Below the pieces are notes generated by a model. That model did no database searches. It worked only from the letters and a program-made list of their open reading frames with translations, and had not been told where the DNA came from. From Prasinococcaceae sp. CCMP 1430 (Eukaryota; Plantae; Prasinodermophyta), in NCBI GenBank assembly GCA_013416795.1, contig RQSC01000004.1:509554-573553 (forward strand): a stretch of DNA of 64,000 nucleotides. The letters are read 5' to 3'. How positions within the stretch are numbered: the first letter of the stretch is position 1; the number at the start of each line of letters is the position of its first letter. Of this stretch, positions 53,158 through 64,000 are shown in pieces. The position numbers were made by a program, and so were the translations under genes.

Positions 53158-53646
53158 TCATCGCGACGGCACCTTCACGTCGCACGCGCCGATTCCGTCC
53201 GCCATGTCGGTGTGGCTCTTCTGGCCCGCCGCGCGCATCCACTCGAGCTTGACGTCCACTGTGGCGTTCACGCCACACATGTCGAGCTCGACCAGGCCAC
53301 TGCCCTTGAGGTCGCCGTCCTCCCCGACCAGCGCAAACACCTGCGTGAGAATCCCTAGGCAGCCACTGTACGGCCCGCCCGTCACCACCACGACGTCGTC
53401 GACCGAGAAGGGCCGGCGCTTCGGCGGCACGTGCTCGGGAGCCAAAGACGAGAAATCGTGGGAGCGGTACGGGCCGTTGATGACGACGTCTGTGGGATGT
53501 GGGCCGGGAGCGCGTGCCCCTCCCGCGTCGTCATCGCACCCGCCTCCCGGTGCCGCCTCCCCAGCACCCGCCTCCTGCCCAGGCTGCCGATCCCTGGCCT
53601 CGAATCGTCCAGGCACCGCCAGCTCGATGAGCTGCGGCGCGACGTG
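53158..53646 (-). CDS. NusG-like KOW domain protein, C-terminal fragment (cut by N at 53647)
   Basis: FSVDDVVVVTGGPYSGCLGIL...LVELDMCGVNATVDVKLEW resembles the NusG C-terminal KOW domain. Confidence 0.6.
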   Translation of the reverse strand, partial: HVAPQLIELAVPGRFEARDRQPGQEAGAGEAAPGGGCDDDAGGARAPGPHPTDVVINGPYRSHDFSSLAPEHVPPKRRPFSVDDVVVVTGGPYSGCLGILTQVFALVGEDGDLKGSGLVELDMCGVNATVDVKLEWMRAAGQKSHTDMADGIGACDVKVPSR

Positions 53647-53981
53647 NGAGCAGCAGCGCCGATGCAGCGCCGGGCGGCACCGACGTCACGGCGGATGACA
53701 ATGCGAGAGAGCAGGGTACGTGCTAGCGTGCGCTTCTCTCGGGCTAGTCGCGACGATGAAGGGCGCGTGCGCAAACAGCGGCGATCCTCTCTCTCTCTTG
53801 CTTGCTTGCTTGCGCGCGCGCGCGCGCGCGGATTTGTGTGGTAAGGCTGTCGGCAGGTTTGAATGGCCTGTGCGCATACACTGACCTTGGGCTGAATGGC
53901 CCGCACGCGCGCACTCGCTCGCTCGCTCGCACGTACGCACGCTCGCACGCACGCTTCCTTCGCTCTCTCCCCCTCTGCCAG

Positions 53982-54380
53982 AGGCCGTGGGCGACGCGCT
54001 TAATGCGCTGTTCGACGGCTGCGAGCGCGTGATCGTCTTCGACGCGAGCGGCGAGGTGCTTGGTACGGGCGGGCAAGGCACGGGCAGCGTGACGCGCGAC
54101 GAGCTGCGCGCGACAGCGGCAGTATTTGAGGACCGCGACGCGGCCATGTCGAGCGGTGTGGTGCTCGAAGGTCAGCGCTACGAGGTCCATCGCTGGCATC
54201 CGCCATGTGTGTACGGTCGCACGACGACGGAGCGATCGGAGGACTCGGTTGGCTTCGCAGTCTGCCGTGTGGCAAGCCGATCGTGCGAACCCGCGCGCCT
54301 CGTGTTGGCGACGTACGCGTTCCCACGACTGAGCGCGCGGGTCGTGCCTGAGCTCGTTGAGTTTGCTCAGCATTTCCTCG
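53982..54380 (+). CDS. Divergent profilin-like protein exon; upstream exon(s) near 53648-53716, 3' end uncertain
   Basis: LFDGCERVIVFDASGEVL...FEDRDAAMSSGVVLEGQRYEVHRW..VYGR...LATYAFPRLSARVVPELVEF has a profilin-like pattern. CTGCCAG acceptor at 53981. Confidence 0.6.
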
Positions 54381-54976
54381 GTTTGCCAGAGCCCGTTTGG
54401 GAGGCGGGGCGCGGCGGCCAGGGCGTGTTGGCCCGGGCGTGGGCGCGGGTGGGGGACGGGGCGCATGCGCACGCGGGCACGACGCCAAAAAGCGCGACGG
54501 CAAAGAGCACAGCCGGGTCGGAGCGGCGCCGAAACACCCCACCGCAACGCAACGCAACGCAGCGACGGCGACGCGATGCGGCGCGACGGCGGCACGACGC
54601 GACGGCGGCGCGGAAGGGGGGGGGGCAGCGGATGGAGGCGAGCGCGCGAAAGAGAGAGAGAGAGAGAGCGCCGCCATGCAGACCGACCCACGGACGAAAG
54701 CAACAAGCCGGGAGGAGAGGGGGGGGGGGCGCGGCGAGAGCTCGGGAAGGGGATTGGGAGGGAGAGCTCGGGTGTGAGGAGGGGAAGTGGGGGTAGGAGC
54801 TCCTACCAAAGTTACCTTGACTAACTAGCTATTGAAGAGGGAGATCTGCCGGCCGACCAGGACCAACCAAGGATGGCGAAGAGGGACAGCCATAACGGTG
54901 CACCTCACGCGCCAGCCGGCCCCGGACCGGCCGAGGCACGCCCAACCAGGCGGGCGTGCTCGCCCGCAGCCACAGC

Positions 54977-56830
54977 TCACGCGCCCCCTCCCGTGCGCCT
55001 CCACCTGGCCATGAAGAAACCGTCCGTGTGGTGCACGTGCGGCAGCATCTGCCGCGCGTGCGCCAACGCCCCCTCCAGCGCCCCCTCGGTGCCCGCAGGG
55101 AAGTCCCACGCCTCGAAGGCGGCGCCCTCCGCCGAGGCCTCGAAGGCCCGCACGACCTCCTCGTTCTCCACCGCCATGATCGAGCACGTCGCGTACACCA
55201 GCCGACCGCCGGGGGCCACCGCGCGCGCGGCCCTGCGCGCGAGCTCCGCCTGCAGCACCGAAATGATGCGCCCGCGGTGGGTGTAGTGCTCCTCGAGCAG
55301 CCAACGCAACGCCGGGCGCCGCCTGAGCGCGCCGCTCGACGAACACGGCGCGTCGACGAGCGCGCACGTCGGCCGGCCCTCGCCGAACTCGCCGGAGGAC
55401 AGCTGCTCGGGCGACAGAGGGCGGATGCGCTCCTCGACCCCGGCGCGCCGGGCGTTGGCAAGCAGGGCGCGGACGCGGTAGGGCTGCGCGGCGCCGCAGC
55501 GGCCAAGGGGCGAGCGAGGCGCGTCGGGGAAAGGGGGGCGTCAGGAGAGCGGGGCAACTCCTCAGCAGGGACAAGGGGGAGCGGCGCGCGCGCGGCCCGC
55601 GCGCCGCCGCCGCGCGCCAGCGAGCCGCATAAGGGGGGGCGCCGCGCGCACCTTGACGTCGTGCACGTAGACGATCCCTTCGGGCCCGACGTCCGCGGCG
55701 AGCGCGAGCGCCTTTCCACCGTTGCCGCAGCACATGTCCAGCACGCGCTCGCCGCGCAAGGCGCCGCACGCGTGCGCGATCAGCTGCGAGCCCTCGTCCT
55801 GCACCTCGAAGAGGCCGTCGCGCCAACCGGCGATCGCCCAGATGCTTCGCGGCGGCGCGCCGCTCGCCGCCTCGACCACGCTCAGAGCGTGGGGAGCGTA
55901 GGGGCCAAACGCCGACACGAGGCCATCCTCCTCCACCAGCCGCGCGGCGAGCGATTCGCGCGAGTGCGCGCCCGCCGCCGCGTCCGCCTTGGCGGCGTTG
56001 AAACGCAGCGTGACGGGCCCCGGCACGTTGACCGCCTCACCGAAGCGCATGGCCTCCGCACCGCCGAGCTGAGCGACCAGCCTGGCAGCCAGCCAGCGAG
56101 GCAGCGAGCACCTGGCCGCGAGGCGGTCGACGGGGTCCGCGGGCCACTCGACCGCATCAGGCGACGCCGCGCGCAGCGCGTCGATCCATCCCGGAGAGAG
56201 CAGCGAGTTTAGGCACGGCAGCTCGCCCGCGGAGCTCGCGAGCGCCTGCGCCGCATCGCCGCGGCACGCGCCCAGGCCCACGCCCTCCTCGTGCAGGATG
56301 TACAGCGCGAGGAGCGTCTCGGCGTACGCGCGGCGGCAGGCGGCGGAGCGAGAGAGCCACGGCTCCGAATCCGAGTCCGAGGCAGAGCTTGGGCGGGAGT
56401 CCGAACCGCCGGAGGAGGAGTCAGAGTCGGACTCGGAGCGCATGCTTTCGTACTCGCTGCGTTCATCGCCCCCCTCGCCGTCGTCGCGCATGGCCAGCGC
56501 GCACTTGCGGAGGTACGACAGCCGCGCGCGCAGGCAGCCCACGCCGATGATGCGGCGCGCGACGGCCATGCGAACGCCGTTGGTGAGCGCGCCACCATCG
56601 CGTGCGCCGTCGCCGTCGCTGCCTGCGCTGCCCGGGGCGGCGACGGCGGCCTTTCGCTGCGCGGCAGCGGCGGCATCCGGGCCGTGTTCCCTCTGCAGCG
56701 CCCTCAGCGTGCGCGTGGCCTCCTTTTGGGCATCGGCATTGGCCGGGCCAAGCACGCGCAAGAGCGCGCTCACCGTCGCCTCGGCGGCCCACGCGGGGTG
56801 GCTCGAGGCGGGCACGGGGCAGCCGCGCAT
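54977..56830 (-). CDS. RsmB/NOL1/NOP2/Sun RNA m5C methyltransferase, 2 exons (56830-55652, 55483-54977)
   Basis: FEVQDEGSQL, VLDMCCGNGGKA, LVDAPCSSSG, LVYATCSI, HHTDGFFMA. Both catalytic Cys present. Confidence 0.93.
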
Positions 56831-56976
56831 CGCGCGGGAAGTGGCTCTGCCGCGGCGGGCGGCGGGCGGGCGACGCCGAAGACGGCGCGCGGACGCCGGC
56901 GCCCCGCCTGGGCGCGTGCCCGCCCCCCGTGGCCGAGGAGTCGCCTCCGCTGCGGCGATAATGGCGCGAGGTGCGG

Positions 56977-57090
56977 CGCGCTTCGGGCGAGTGCCGCGCG
57001 TCGGGTGCGCGGATCGGAGCTGGCGCTCACGCGCTTCGTGCGAGTGCCGCGCGTCGGTTGCGCGGATCGGAGCTGGCGCTCACGCGCTCG
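56977..57090. repeat. 53-bp tandem duplication (2 near-identical copies) spanning the Nudix stop codon
   Basis: cgagtgccgcgcgtcgg.tgcgcggatcggagctggcgctcacgcgct occurs twice, offset by 53. Confidence 0.9.
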
Positions 57091-57840
57091 GCTTCGCTCC
57101 CGTGGGCGTGTGCACGACCTTTCCGTCCCAGTAGGCGAGGTCCGTGAAGCGCGGGCCCTCCGGTGGGTCGAGCACGACGGAGCTGGCGCTGCCTCGTGCC
57201 GCCTCCGCACCCTGCCGCTCCTCCCGGCCGGCACCCTCGGCACCCGCGTCGGCTCCGTAGACGATCGCCGCGACCTCGGCGCACGCGTGCGCCGTGAGGC
57301 CCCACACGTTGAAGGTCTCGCCGTGCGTCGGGCAGCGGTGCTCGAACTCGTGGATGCGCAGCGCGTGCCCGCCCTCGCCGCCCCACTCGATGTCTTGTAC
57401 GGCGTACGCGCCCACGGGGGGCGCGGCGAACGTGCTGAGGGGCACCTCGAAGACGCAATCGACCTCGTCCGGCTGGCGGACGGCCTCGAACGCCGCCGAG
57501 ACCAGCGCGACGACTGGGCGCACGCTCAGCTTGTGCTGCGAGAGGCGCGGGCGCAGCGCGCCGAGCACGAGCACCACGTCCTCCGAGCGCAGCCCCACTT
57601 CCTCCCGCGCCTCGCGCAGCGCCGTCGCCGCGTCGGACCCGTCCTCGGCGTCGCGCTTGCCGCCGGGAAACGCGACCTGGCCGGCGTGCGTGCGCAGATG
57701 CGCCGAGCGTCGCGTGAGCACGACGTGGAGTGCGTAGCCGCGCGGCGAGCGCTCGTCCGCGCGCGCTACGAGCGGCACGAGCACAGCCGCGCGGCGGTGT
57801 GCCACGGGCGGGTGCGCGGCGTCGCCCTCGTGGCGCACGC
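57080..57840 (-). CDS. Nudix hydrolase, CoA pyrophosphatase family (NUDT7/8, plant NUDT11/15/22-like); start not found
   Basis: AAVLVPL, VVLTRRSAHLRTHAGQVAFPGGKRD...TALREAREEVGL, QPDEVDCVFEVPL, VWGLTA. Confidence 0.9.
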
Positions 57841-58682
57841 GCGCGCGCGCGCGCGCGCGGAGCGCCGAGCTTGCGCACGCGGGTGCCTCGGCTGCGGCCG
57901 TCCCCCTCTCGGTCCTCCCCGCCTCCCTCGAGCGCTCTCCCTCCCTCCTCCCTCGCGCACCGCACCGCGATCGCGCCGCCGCGCACCGCGGTCGCGCGCG
58001 GTGGGGAAGCGGCCTGCGCCGCGTGCGTTTGGTATCGGAGACTCCGCTCCGCACACGAGCGAGCGGATTGGATTGCGCTTCAGGTCGCGCGGCCGCAGAG
58101 TGGGGGGGCGGAAGTGCGCGGGCGCGCGGGCAGTCGGCGCGCGGCGCGCGGGCAAGGAGGGCGGGGGGAGAGGGGGGGGAGCGGGGAAGCGAGAAGCGTG
58201 TGTGTGTTTGGTGGTGGTGGTGGGGGGGCAGAGAGAGGGGCAGACGGAAAGGGAGTGAGGGGGAGGAGCGGGCGGCGCAAGGATTCGGGTGGCAGGAGAG
58301 GGGCGGTCACCGGAGTCGGACGAGCAGAGGCCGCGGGGTAAGCGGGGCGCGCATTTTGTCAACAGCCCCGGCGGGCGCCGCGGGGAGCGCCGCGCACCGC
58401 AGCACGCGAACCAGGGAAGCGCGGGTGGGCAGGCGGCAGCGGGCCTAACCCCCCCCATCCCCCACCCCCCACCCCCTTTCTTGCCCAGCTCCTTGCGGGC
58501 GGGGCGAACCAGCCACCGCCGGTGCGGCCAGCCCACCGCCACTGCCGAGCGCCGACTGCGGGCGCGGCGCCGGCCTGCGGGGACCGCCGCCGGAAGCGCG
58601 CGAATACGTGCCCATCGGCGCGGGCGCGCGGGCGAGCGAGCGAGCGAGGCAACAGTGAAGCGAGAGCGACGAGGCCGCGGCG

Positions 58683-61600
58683 ATGGAGAGGTCTGAGTCG
58701 CTGCCCCATCCCCCGCGTGCGCGCGCGCCGCCCTCTCCACTGGTGGGGGCTGGCGAGCCAGAGGGGGGGGCGGGCGAGGCCCGACCGAGCGCGCAGCGCG
58801 CCCGCCGCGCTGGCGGCCGCGCCGACGCCGGGGATGAGCCGCGCGATGCAAACGTCCTGCTGGGCATCCCCGAAGACTTCGCCGTCGCCTCGACGGTGGA
58901 GACGTACCCGCGCCCGTCAGCGCGCCGTCGGAGCCACCGCCGTGCGGCCTGGAATTGGGGCGCCAACACCGCGCCCGCGCCGAGCGCAGCGACGTACGCA
59001 CCCTTGCCGTCGCGCGAGCGGCGCGAGGGTGCCGCCTCCGCTCCCGTCGGCGCGCGCGCGGACCGCGCGACCCGAAGTTGGAGCGAGGACGCGCCGACGA
59101 GGGAGTCGGCTCTCGGGCGCGTGCACCGCGTGGTCGCCGCGCCCTTCCTCGAGCGCGGACGCGCGTCCAAGGAGACGTACGCCCGCCCGCCCGTGATCAC
59201 GAGCGCCACGCACGACGACGCGTCGCATCGCGCGGGCGCGGCCGCCACGCGGTCGCTCCGCGACGACCTCTGGAGTCGAGTCGAATCCAGCCCCCCGCGG
59301 CATGCCACGCGTCGCGGCCCTCCTCGCAGCCCGTCAGGGACGCTGAGGCATCGGGCGTCTCCGAGGCGAAGCCCGCGCGCACCGCCGTCGCCGACCGATC
59401 CCGCCGGCGCGCACCGCCGCTCGGCGACGGGCTCGCACGCGAGCCGCAGCGGCGAGGACCTGCCGCTCGCAGAAGATGGTGCGAGCTCCTCATCGACGGA
59501 CGAAATAGACTACGACATCGCCAGCGTGAGCATGCGATCGGCGAGCGAGTACACTGCCGAGGGCGTCAGAGTATCGCGCGCCGCCGCGCGGCCCGTCAGC
59601 GACGAGGGAGAGGACGGCAACGGCGCCACGGGCGGCGCCCCCGCTTTGGCGCCGCCGGGCCGCGAGCACCACCACCAGCGCCGCCCGCGCCGGCGGCGGC
59701 GCCAGGGCAAAGAGCACGCCGCCGTCGTCGACGGAGCGCCCGCGCCGCCGCCGCTGGCTCGGACGGCGGCGGAGTACGCTTCGCCCCTCGCGCCCCCGGG
59801 CCTGAACTACAAGCGGTTCCCGCGGCTCATCGGCCCCATGGGCGAGCTGGCGGTCGAGCGCACCGGCCTGAAGGTCCTGCGCATCTGGTACTACGACGCG
59901 TTCACGACGATCTTCAACCTGTCGTGGAAGCTCATCCTGCTGCTCTTCGCGGTGGCCTACACCGTGAGTTTCCTGCTCTTCGGTCTCATCTGGTGGGGCA
60001 TTTGGCGGGCGTCTGGCGAGGACTGCATCTCCAACGTGCGCGGCGACGCCGACGGCTTCCAGGCGGCCTTCCAGTTCTCCATCGAGACGCAGAGCACGCT
60101 CGGCTACGGGTTCAAGTCGCTGAACAACGAGGGCACGTGCCCCCAAGCGACGATCGTGCTGCTGATCCAGCTCGTGGTGGGCTTCCTGCTCGACGCGGTG
60201 CTGCTTGGTCTGGTGTACGCGAAGATCACGCGGCCCGAGCCGAGGGCGACCACCCTCCTGATATCCAAGGTCGCCGTGGTGGCGCCCCGGAGGGGGCGCT
60301 TGCAGCTGATGGTGCGGCTGGGCGACCAGCAGCGCACGCTCATCGCCGAGCCGCAGGTGCGCATGCTCCTCTTCGACTGCCTGCCGCGGCGCACCCCCGA
60401 GGGCGAGGACCGGGACTATCGCATGTGGGAGCTCGACTCGGTGGTGAACGAGGGCTCCAACACCCAGCTTTCGCTGATCATGCCTGCGATCGTCTCGCAC
60501 ACCATCGACGAGCACTCGCCCCTGGCGTTCTGGTACCTGCCGGGCCCGGGACGCGCGCCGCACATCCCCCCGCCCACGCTGCAGCTCGTCATCAGCGTGA
60601 GCGGCACGGCCGTCGAGAGCGGCAACCCCGTCACTAGCCGCAGGTCGATTCTGCCGGACGAGATTCTGGTGGGCAGGGTGTTCGAGCCCATGCTGAGGCA
60701 CAGGTGCGTAATACGCCCCCAACCACGGGGGTTGGTTGGGGGGGAGAGGGAGGGACGTCGAAGACTTTGGATGAGCCCCCATGGGCCCTGCGCGATCGCC
60801 CCGCTTATCGCGCGCGCACGCTGACCCTGAGCCCCACGCATTGGCATGCGTGCTGCAATTGCTGCATTGCCGCCGTCGCAACGCGACACCGTGAAAACGG
60901 CAGGTACAGCCGCAGCCGCGGCGCGTGGGTCCACTGCCTCGACTTTAGGAAGTTCGACGAGACGCGCCCGCTGCCAGTGCCGACGAAAGCGAACGGCGAC
61001 GCGAGCGGCGGCAGCAGCGGGGTCGACGGGCAGAGCCCTGGCGAGGGGCCGGCGGCGCCGGGCCCGTCCGTCGGCGGTGGGGCCGACCCGCAATCGTCGG
61101 TGGCAGCGGGAGCGTCTCCTCTGCTGGGGGCGGGCGGGCGAGGCGGCGGCCCGTCCGCGTCCTCCTCTGCCGCAGCGACCGGACGGAGCGGCGCCGGCCG
61201 AGGAGGGGGTCCGGCCGAGGCGAACGCCCCCGGCACGGGGGTGCCGTTGGGAGGGGTTGAGGACGAGTCCGCATCATCGTCGGGCAACGAGTCGTGGGAC
61301 GACGGCGCGCTCAAGCGAGACACGCTCGAGGAGAGCGCGTGGGACAGCGACGGGACGTACATCGGCAACGAGCGCAAGGCGTTCTTCTCCGAGGTGAAGC
61401 AGTCGATGTCGCAGCGGCCGGCCCCCGTGGGAGCGTTTGGGGTGGGGGCCGGGGGGGATGGGGCGGGGGATGGAGGGGGCGGCGACGCGAGCGCGAGGGG
61501 CACGCAGAGCGACGGCGGCGGCTGGGAGGACGGAGGTCCGAGCGGGGGCGACGACTGCGGCGCGGCGAGCGACGGGGGCGGAGGAGGCGCCGTGTCGCAG

Positions 61601-61750
61601 ATGGCCCTCCAGAGGCGACGCTCGCGGCGGAGGCGCGCTCGGAGGCGCGCGCCGAGCCAGGCCGGGGGCGGCCTCTCTCTCCTGTTTGGTGTTGCGAGCG
61701 GAGGGAGCGGCGGGGGGGCGCTGTGGTACACCTCGCTGTTCGCGTTCTGA
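58683..61750 (+). CDS. Inward-rectifier K+ channel (Kir) with long disordered N- and C-termini; exons 58683-60703 and 60904-61750
   Basis: YDAFTTIFNLSW, M1 helix, C...FQFSIETQSTLGYG...CPQA, M2, KITRPEPRATTLLISKVAVV...LMVRLGD, HTIDEHSPL, GRVFEPM...DFRKFDET. Confidence 0.93.
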
Positions 61751-61819
61751 CGGACGTACGAAAAGACTTAAAAGCACTTAAAACGATTTGCCGCGATGCT
61801 GAGCTATCCCCAATTTATT

Positions 61820-64000
61820 TCAGGGTTCAGGGCTCGGGGCCGCGGTGTCGCCAGCAGCCCCCTCATCGACTTTTCCTTCATCCTCCTCGCCCTCGCCTGC
61901 CTTTTGGCTCGCGCTCGTCGCCACGCGCGCGCTCCTGAGCTTGGACAGCTTGGTGCGCGCCGCGCGCCGCGCCGCCGCGCCGTGCTCGAGCACCGCCGAC
62001 AGCACGGGAATTGCGAACACCATGCCCGAGGTGACCACCAGCAGGGCGCCGATCACCCGCCGGTCGTTCGTGCCGCCGACGGTCTCTACCTTGACCAGCA
62101 GGCCGGCGAAGAGGATGAGCGCGATCTCGACGAGCGCCGCCTGTGCGGAGCGGTCCACCGCGGCGTCCGCGAACGGGCTGAGCGCCAGGTTGGCCACGAG
62201 AAAGAAGCAGGCGACGAGAAGCCCGACGGCAATCTGGCCGCTCCCGCCGGCGTCGACGAAGACCAGCGCGCCGGTCAGCACCAGCTTGCGCAGCAGCTCC
62301 ACCAGCTCCCAATACCAGCACTCGGTGTGGTAGGAGGCGAAGAGCTGGCCGCAGTGGCGCATCGCGAGCGCCTCGTCCGCATCGAGCGGCCCGTTGATAT
62401 CGTCGGCAAGGCGCTCCCCGACAAGAAACGTCCCGACGGCCGTCCCGGCCGCAGCGCCCCTCGCGCTGGCGCTCGACTTGGCGCCGAAACAGAGCTCGCC
62501 GACCGGAGCGTGCGCAGCCGCCCACGCGACCAGCGCCTCGCGCGCCGCACCGTCGTCGGCGGCGAAGGAGGCCGCTCGCGATGCCTTCCCCGACCGTGGC
62601 GACGCGGGTCCGTCCTCGCCCTGCCCGGCGGTCTTGGACTGCGGCGACGCGGGGGTGTCACCGCCGGGCCGCTGGGCATTCTCCGACCCGTCGCCGGCGA
62701 GCGTTTGCGCGAGCCTCGTCCCGACGCGCACCTCGCCCTCGAAGAGCTGCTCGAGGGTGGCGCGCTCGCGCAGCAGGCGGCGCATCTCCATGCCGAGCAC
62801 GGCGTCGACCTCATCGGCGTCCTCGTTGAGCGCGATGCCCACCAGGAGGGCGTTGCGCGCCACGGCGCGGCTGCGGTGCCTGGCGGCGATGGCGGGCACG
62901 CCGTGGCGGAGCATGGCCAGCAGGAAGAAGAGCGGGATGCCCGCCACGTAGAGAGCAATGCCGACGGACGCAAGCATCTCCGCGCGCTCGTGCGCGGCGG
63001 TGTCGCATCGCAGGCGCAGGTCGCTCGAGAGCCAGCGCGCGCCGTCCACCTCGCGGCAGTGAAACGTCTTCAGCAGCGTGGCCGACAGAATGGGGTAGAC
63101 CAAGAAGAGGGCGAACAGCGAGTTGCGCCACACGTTGGCGCGGAAGCGCGCCAGGCGAGGGCGGAGGGCCTCGTCGCCGCCGGCGTAGAGGCGACCCGCC
63201 GCGTACAGCAGGAGCGTCGCGACGCCCAAGGCCGCCGGAGCGCACAGCCACAGCCACAGCTTGTCGAAGAAGTCCCACGTTTCCAGAGAGCAGCGTGCGC
63301 TGGGCAGCGCCAGCACGTCCAGGTTGATCACCTTGAGCGCCTTCACCATGTCAAGGAAAGCCTTCGGCCAGGGAATGTCAAAGGTCACATCCACCGTTGC
63401 GACGACCTGCACGAAGGCGATCAGCACGCGCGCGTGCGCCGCTGCGCTGCTGCGCTCGAGGCGACGCTCGACAGACTCCGCGGTCTCCGCGACGGTCTCG
63501 GACGCCTCGCGGCTCAGCTTCCGACCCAGCTGCGTCTTCTTCAAGTTGTCGCCATTGGCAAACGCTTCGTAAAAACTCGCCATGCGTTTCAGAGCGCCGC
63601 TCACCAGGGCTGCGAGACGCGGCAGGAATGGCAGCCAGTAGAGCAGCACAACGACGAGCGCGAGCGCGAGAATTGCAGCCACCGCGCCGACCCACACGCT
63701 TCCACTCGCCTGGCACGACGAGCATCCATCGCTCTCCGAGTAGCCATACCCCGGCTCGCACACCGCGCACAGCATGCCGTCGTAGCCGTAGTCGCAGCGC
63801 CACGACGAGTCGGCCGCGTCCTCGAGGCCGGCCTCCAACAGCGCGCGGCGGCTCGCACTCGAGCTAGCAGCGCGGGCGCCCTCCCCTCCACCTCCGTGCC
63901 CGCGCGGCGCGTGCTCGGGGAGGCACGCGGTGGGAAAGGGGCACGAGTAGAACACGGGCGAGCTCATGTTTTCGCGCCAGTAGCCCGCCATGCCGCTCGG
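61820..64000 (-). CDS. Cys-rich (TNFR/ephrin-like) extracellular region followed by a multi-pass TM domain; 5' part outside window
   Basis: CDYGYDGMLCAVCEPGYGY...CSSC, then IAFVQV...IPWP, YPILSATLLKTFHC, WLSSDLRLRC, WYWELVELLRKL and several hydrophobic helices. Confidence 0.8.
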   Translation of the reverse strand, partial: PSGMAGYWRENMSSPVFYSCPFPTACLPEHAPRGHGGGGEGARAASSSASRRALLEAGLEDAADSSWRCDYGYDGMLCAVCEPGYGYSESDGCSSCQASGSVWVGAVAAILALALVVVLLYWLPFLPRLAALVSGALKRMASFYEAFANGDNLKKTQLGRKLSREASETVAETAESVERRLERSSAAAHARVLIAFVQVVATVDVTFDIPWPKAFLDMVKALKVINLDVLALPSARCSLETWDFFDKLWLWLCAPAALGVATLLLYAAGRLYAGGDEALRPRLARFRANVWRNSLFALFLVYPILSATLLKTFHCREVDGARWLSSDLRLRCDTAAHERAEMLASVGIALYVAGIPLFFLLAMLRHGVPAIAARHRSRAVARNALLVGIALNEDADEVDAVLGMEMRRLLRERATLEQLFEGEVRVGTRLAQTLAGDGSENAQRPGGDTPASPQSKTAGQGEDGPASPRSGKASRAASFAADDGAAREALVAWAAAHAPVGELCFGAKSSASARGAAAGTAVGTFLVGERLADDINGPLDADEALAMRHCGQLFASYHTECWYWELVELLRKLVLTGALVFVDAGGSGQIAVGLLVACFFLVANLALSPFADAAVDRSAQAALVEIALILFAGLLVKVETVGGTNDRRVIGALLVVTSGMVFAIPVLSAVLEHGAAARRAARTKLSKLRSARVATSASQKAGEGEEDEGKVDEGAAGDTAAPSPEP

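Noticed and set aside
61822-61845. Interstitial telomere-like AGGGTTCAGGG
   Set aside because: Only two degenerate units, and it encodes the final SPEP* codons of the TM protein.

Overview
Gene-dense, very GC-rich eukaryotic nuclear DNA from a draft scaffold. It has four N-gaps, three single-N joins and a poly-G tail. It is most consistent with a compact green alga (prasinophyte-like): a plant-type MKP1 and PXA sorting nexin are present, introns are short with GTRCGY donors, CTRAC branch points and YAG acceptors, and there is a BBSome gene. About 24 protein-coding genes or fragments are supported: JmjC oxygenase, DUF6492-like protein, PP1, delta-12/omega-6 desaturase, DDX10, GPATCH4-like, lengsin-like GS-I, RTEL1, a long coiled-coil protein, a mucin/somatomedin-B surface protein, FAD monooxygenase, Kelch, large WD40, PXA-PX-PXC nexin, DDX46, an EF1B-N fusion, RPL36, BBS9, MKP1, NusG-KOW, profilin-like, RsmB, Nudix, Kir channel and a Cys-rich multi-TM protein. 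The most striking signals are two short alphaproteobacterial-looking gene pieces embedded in algal genes. One is the N-terminus of a sigma54 activator fused in frame to RTEL1 exactly at a shared Walker A. The other is an adenylate kinase LID fragment inserted antisense into the coiled-coil gene. Several gene junctions also lack start codons or room for a promoter. Contaminant gap-filling or misassembly is the leading explanation for all of these, but real HGT or polycistronic/trans-spliced expression cannot be excluded from sequence alone. No rRNA, tRNA, CRISPR array or autonomous mobile element was recognised.
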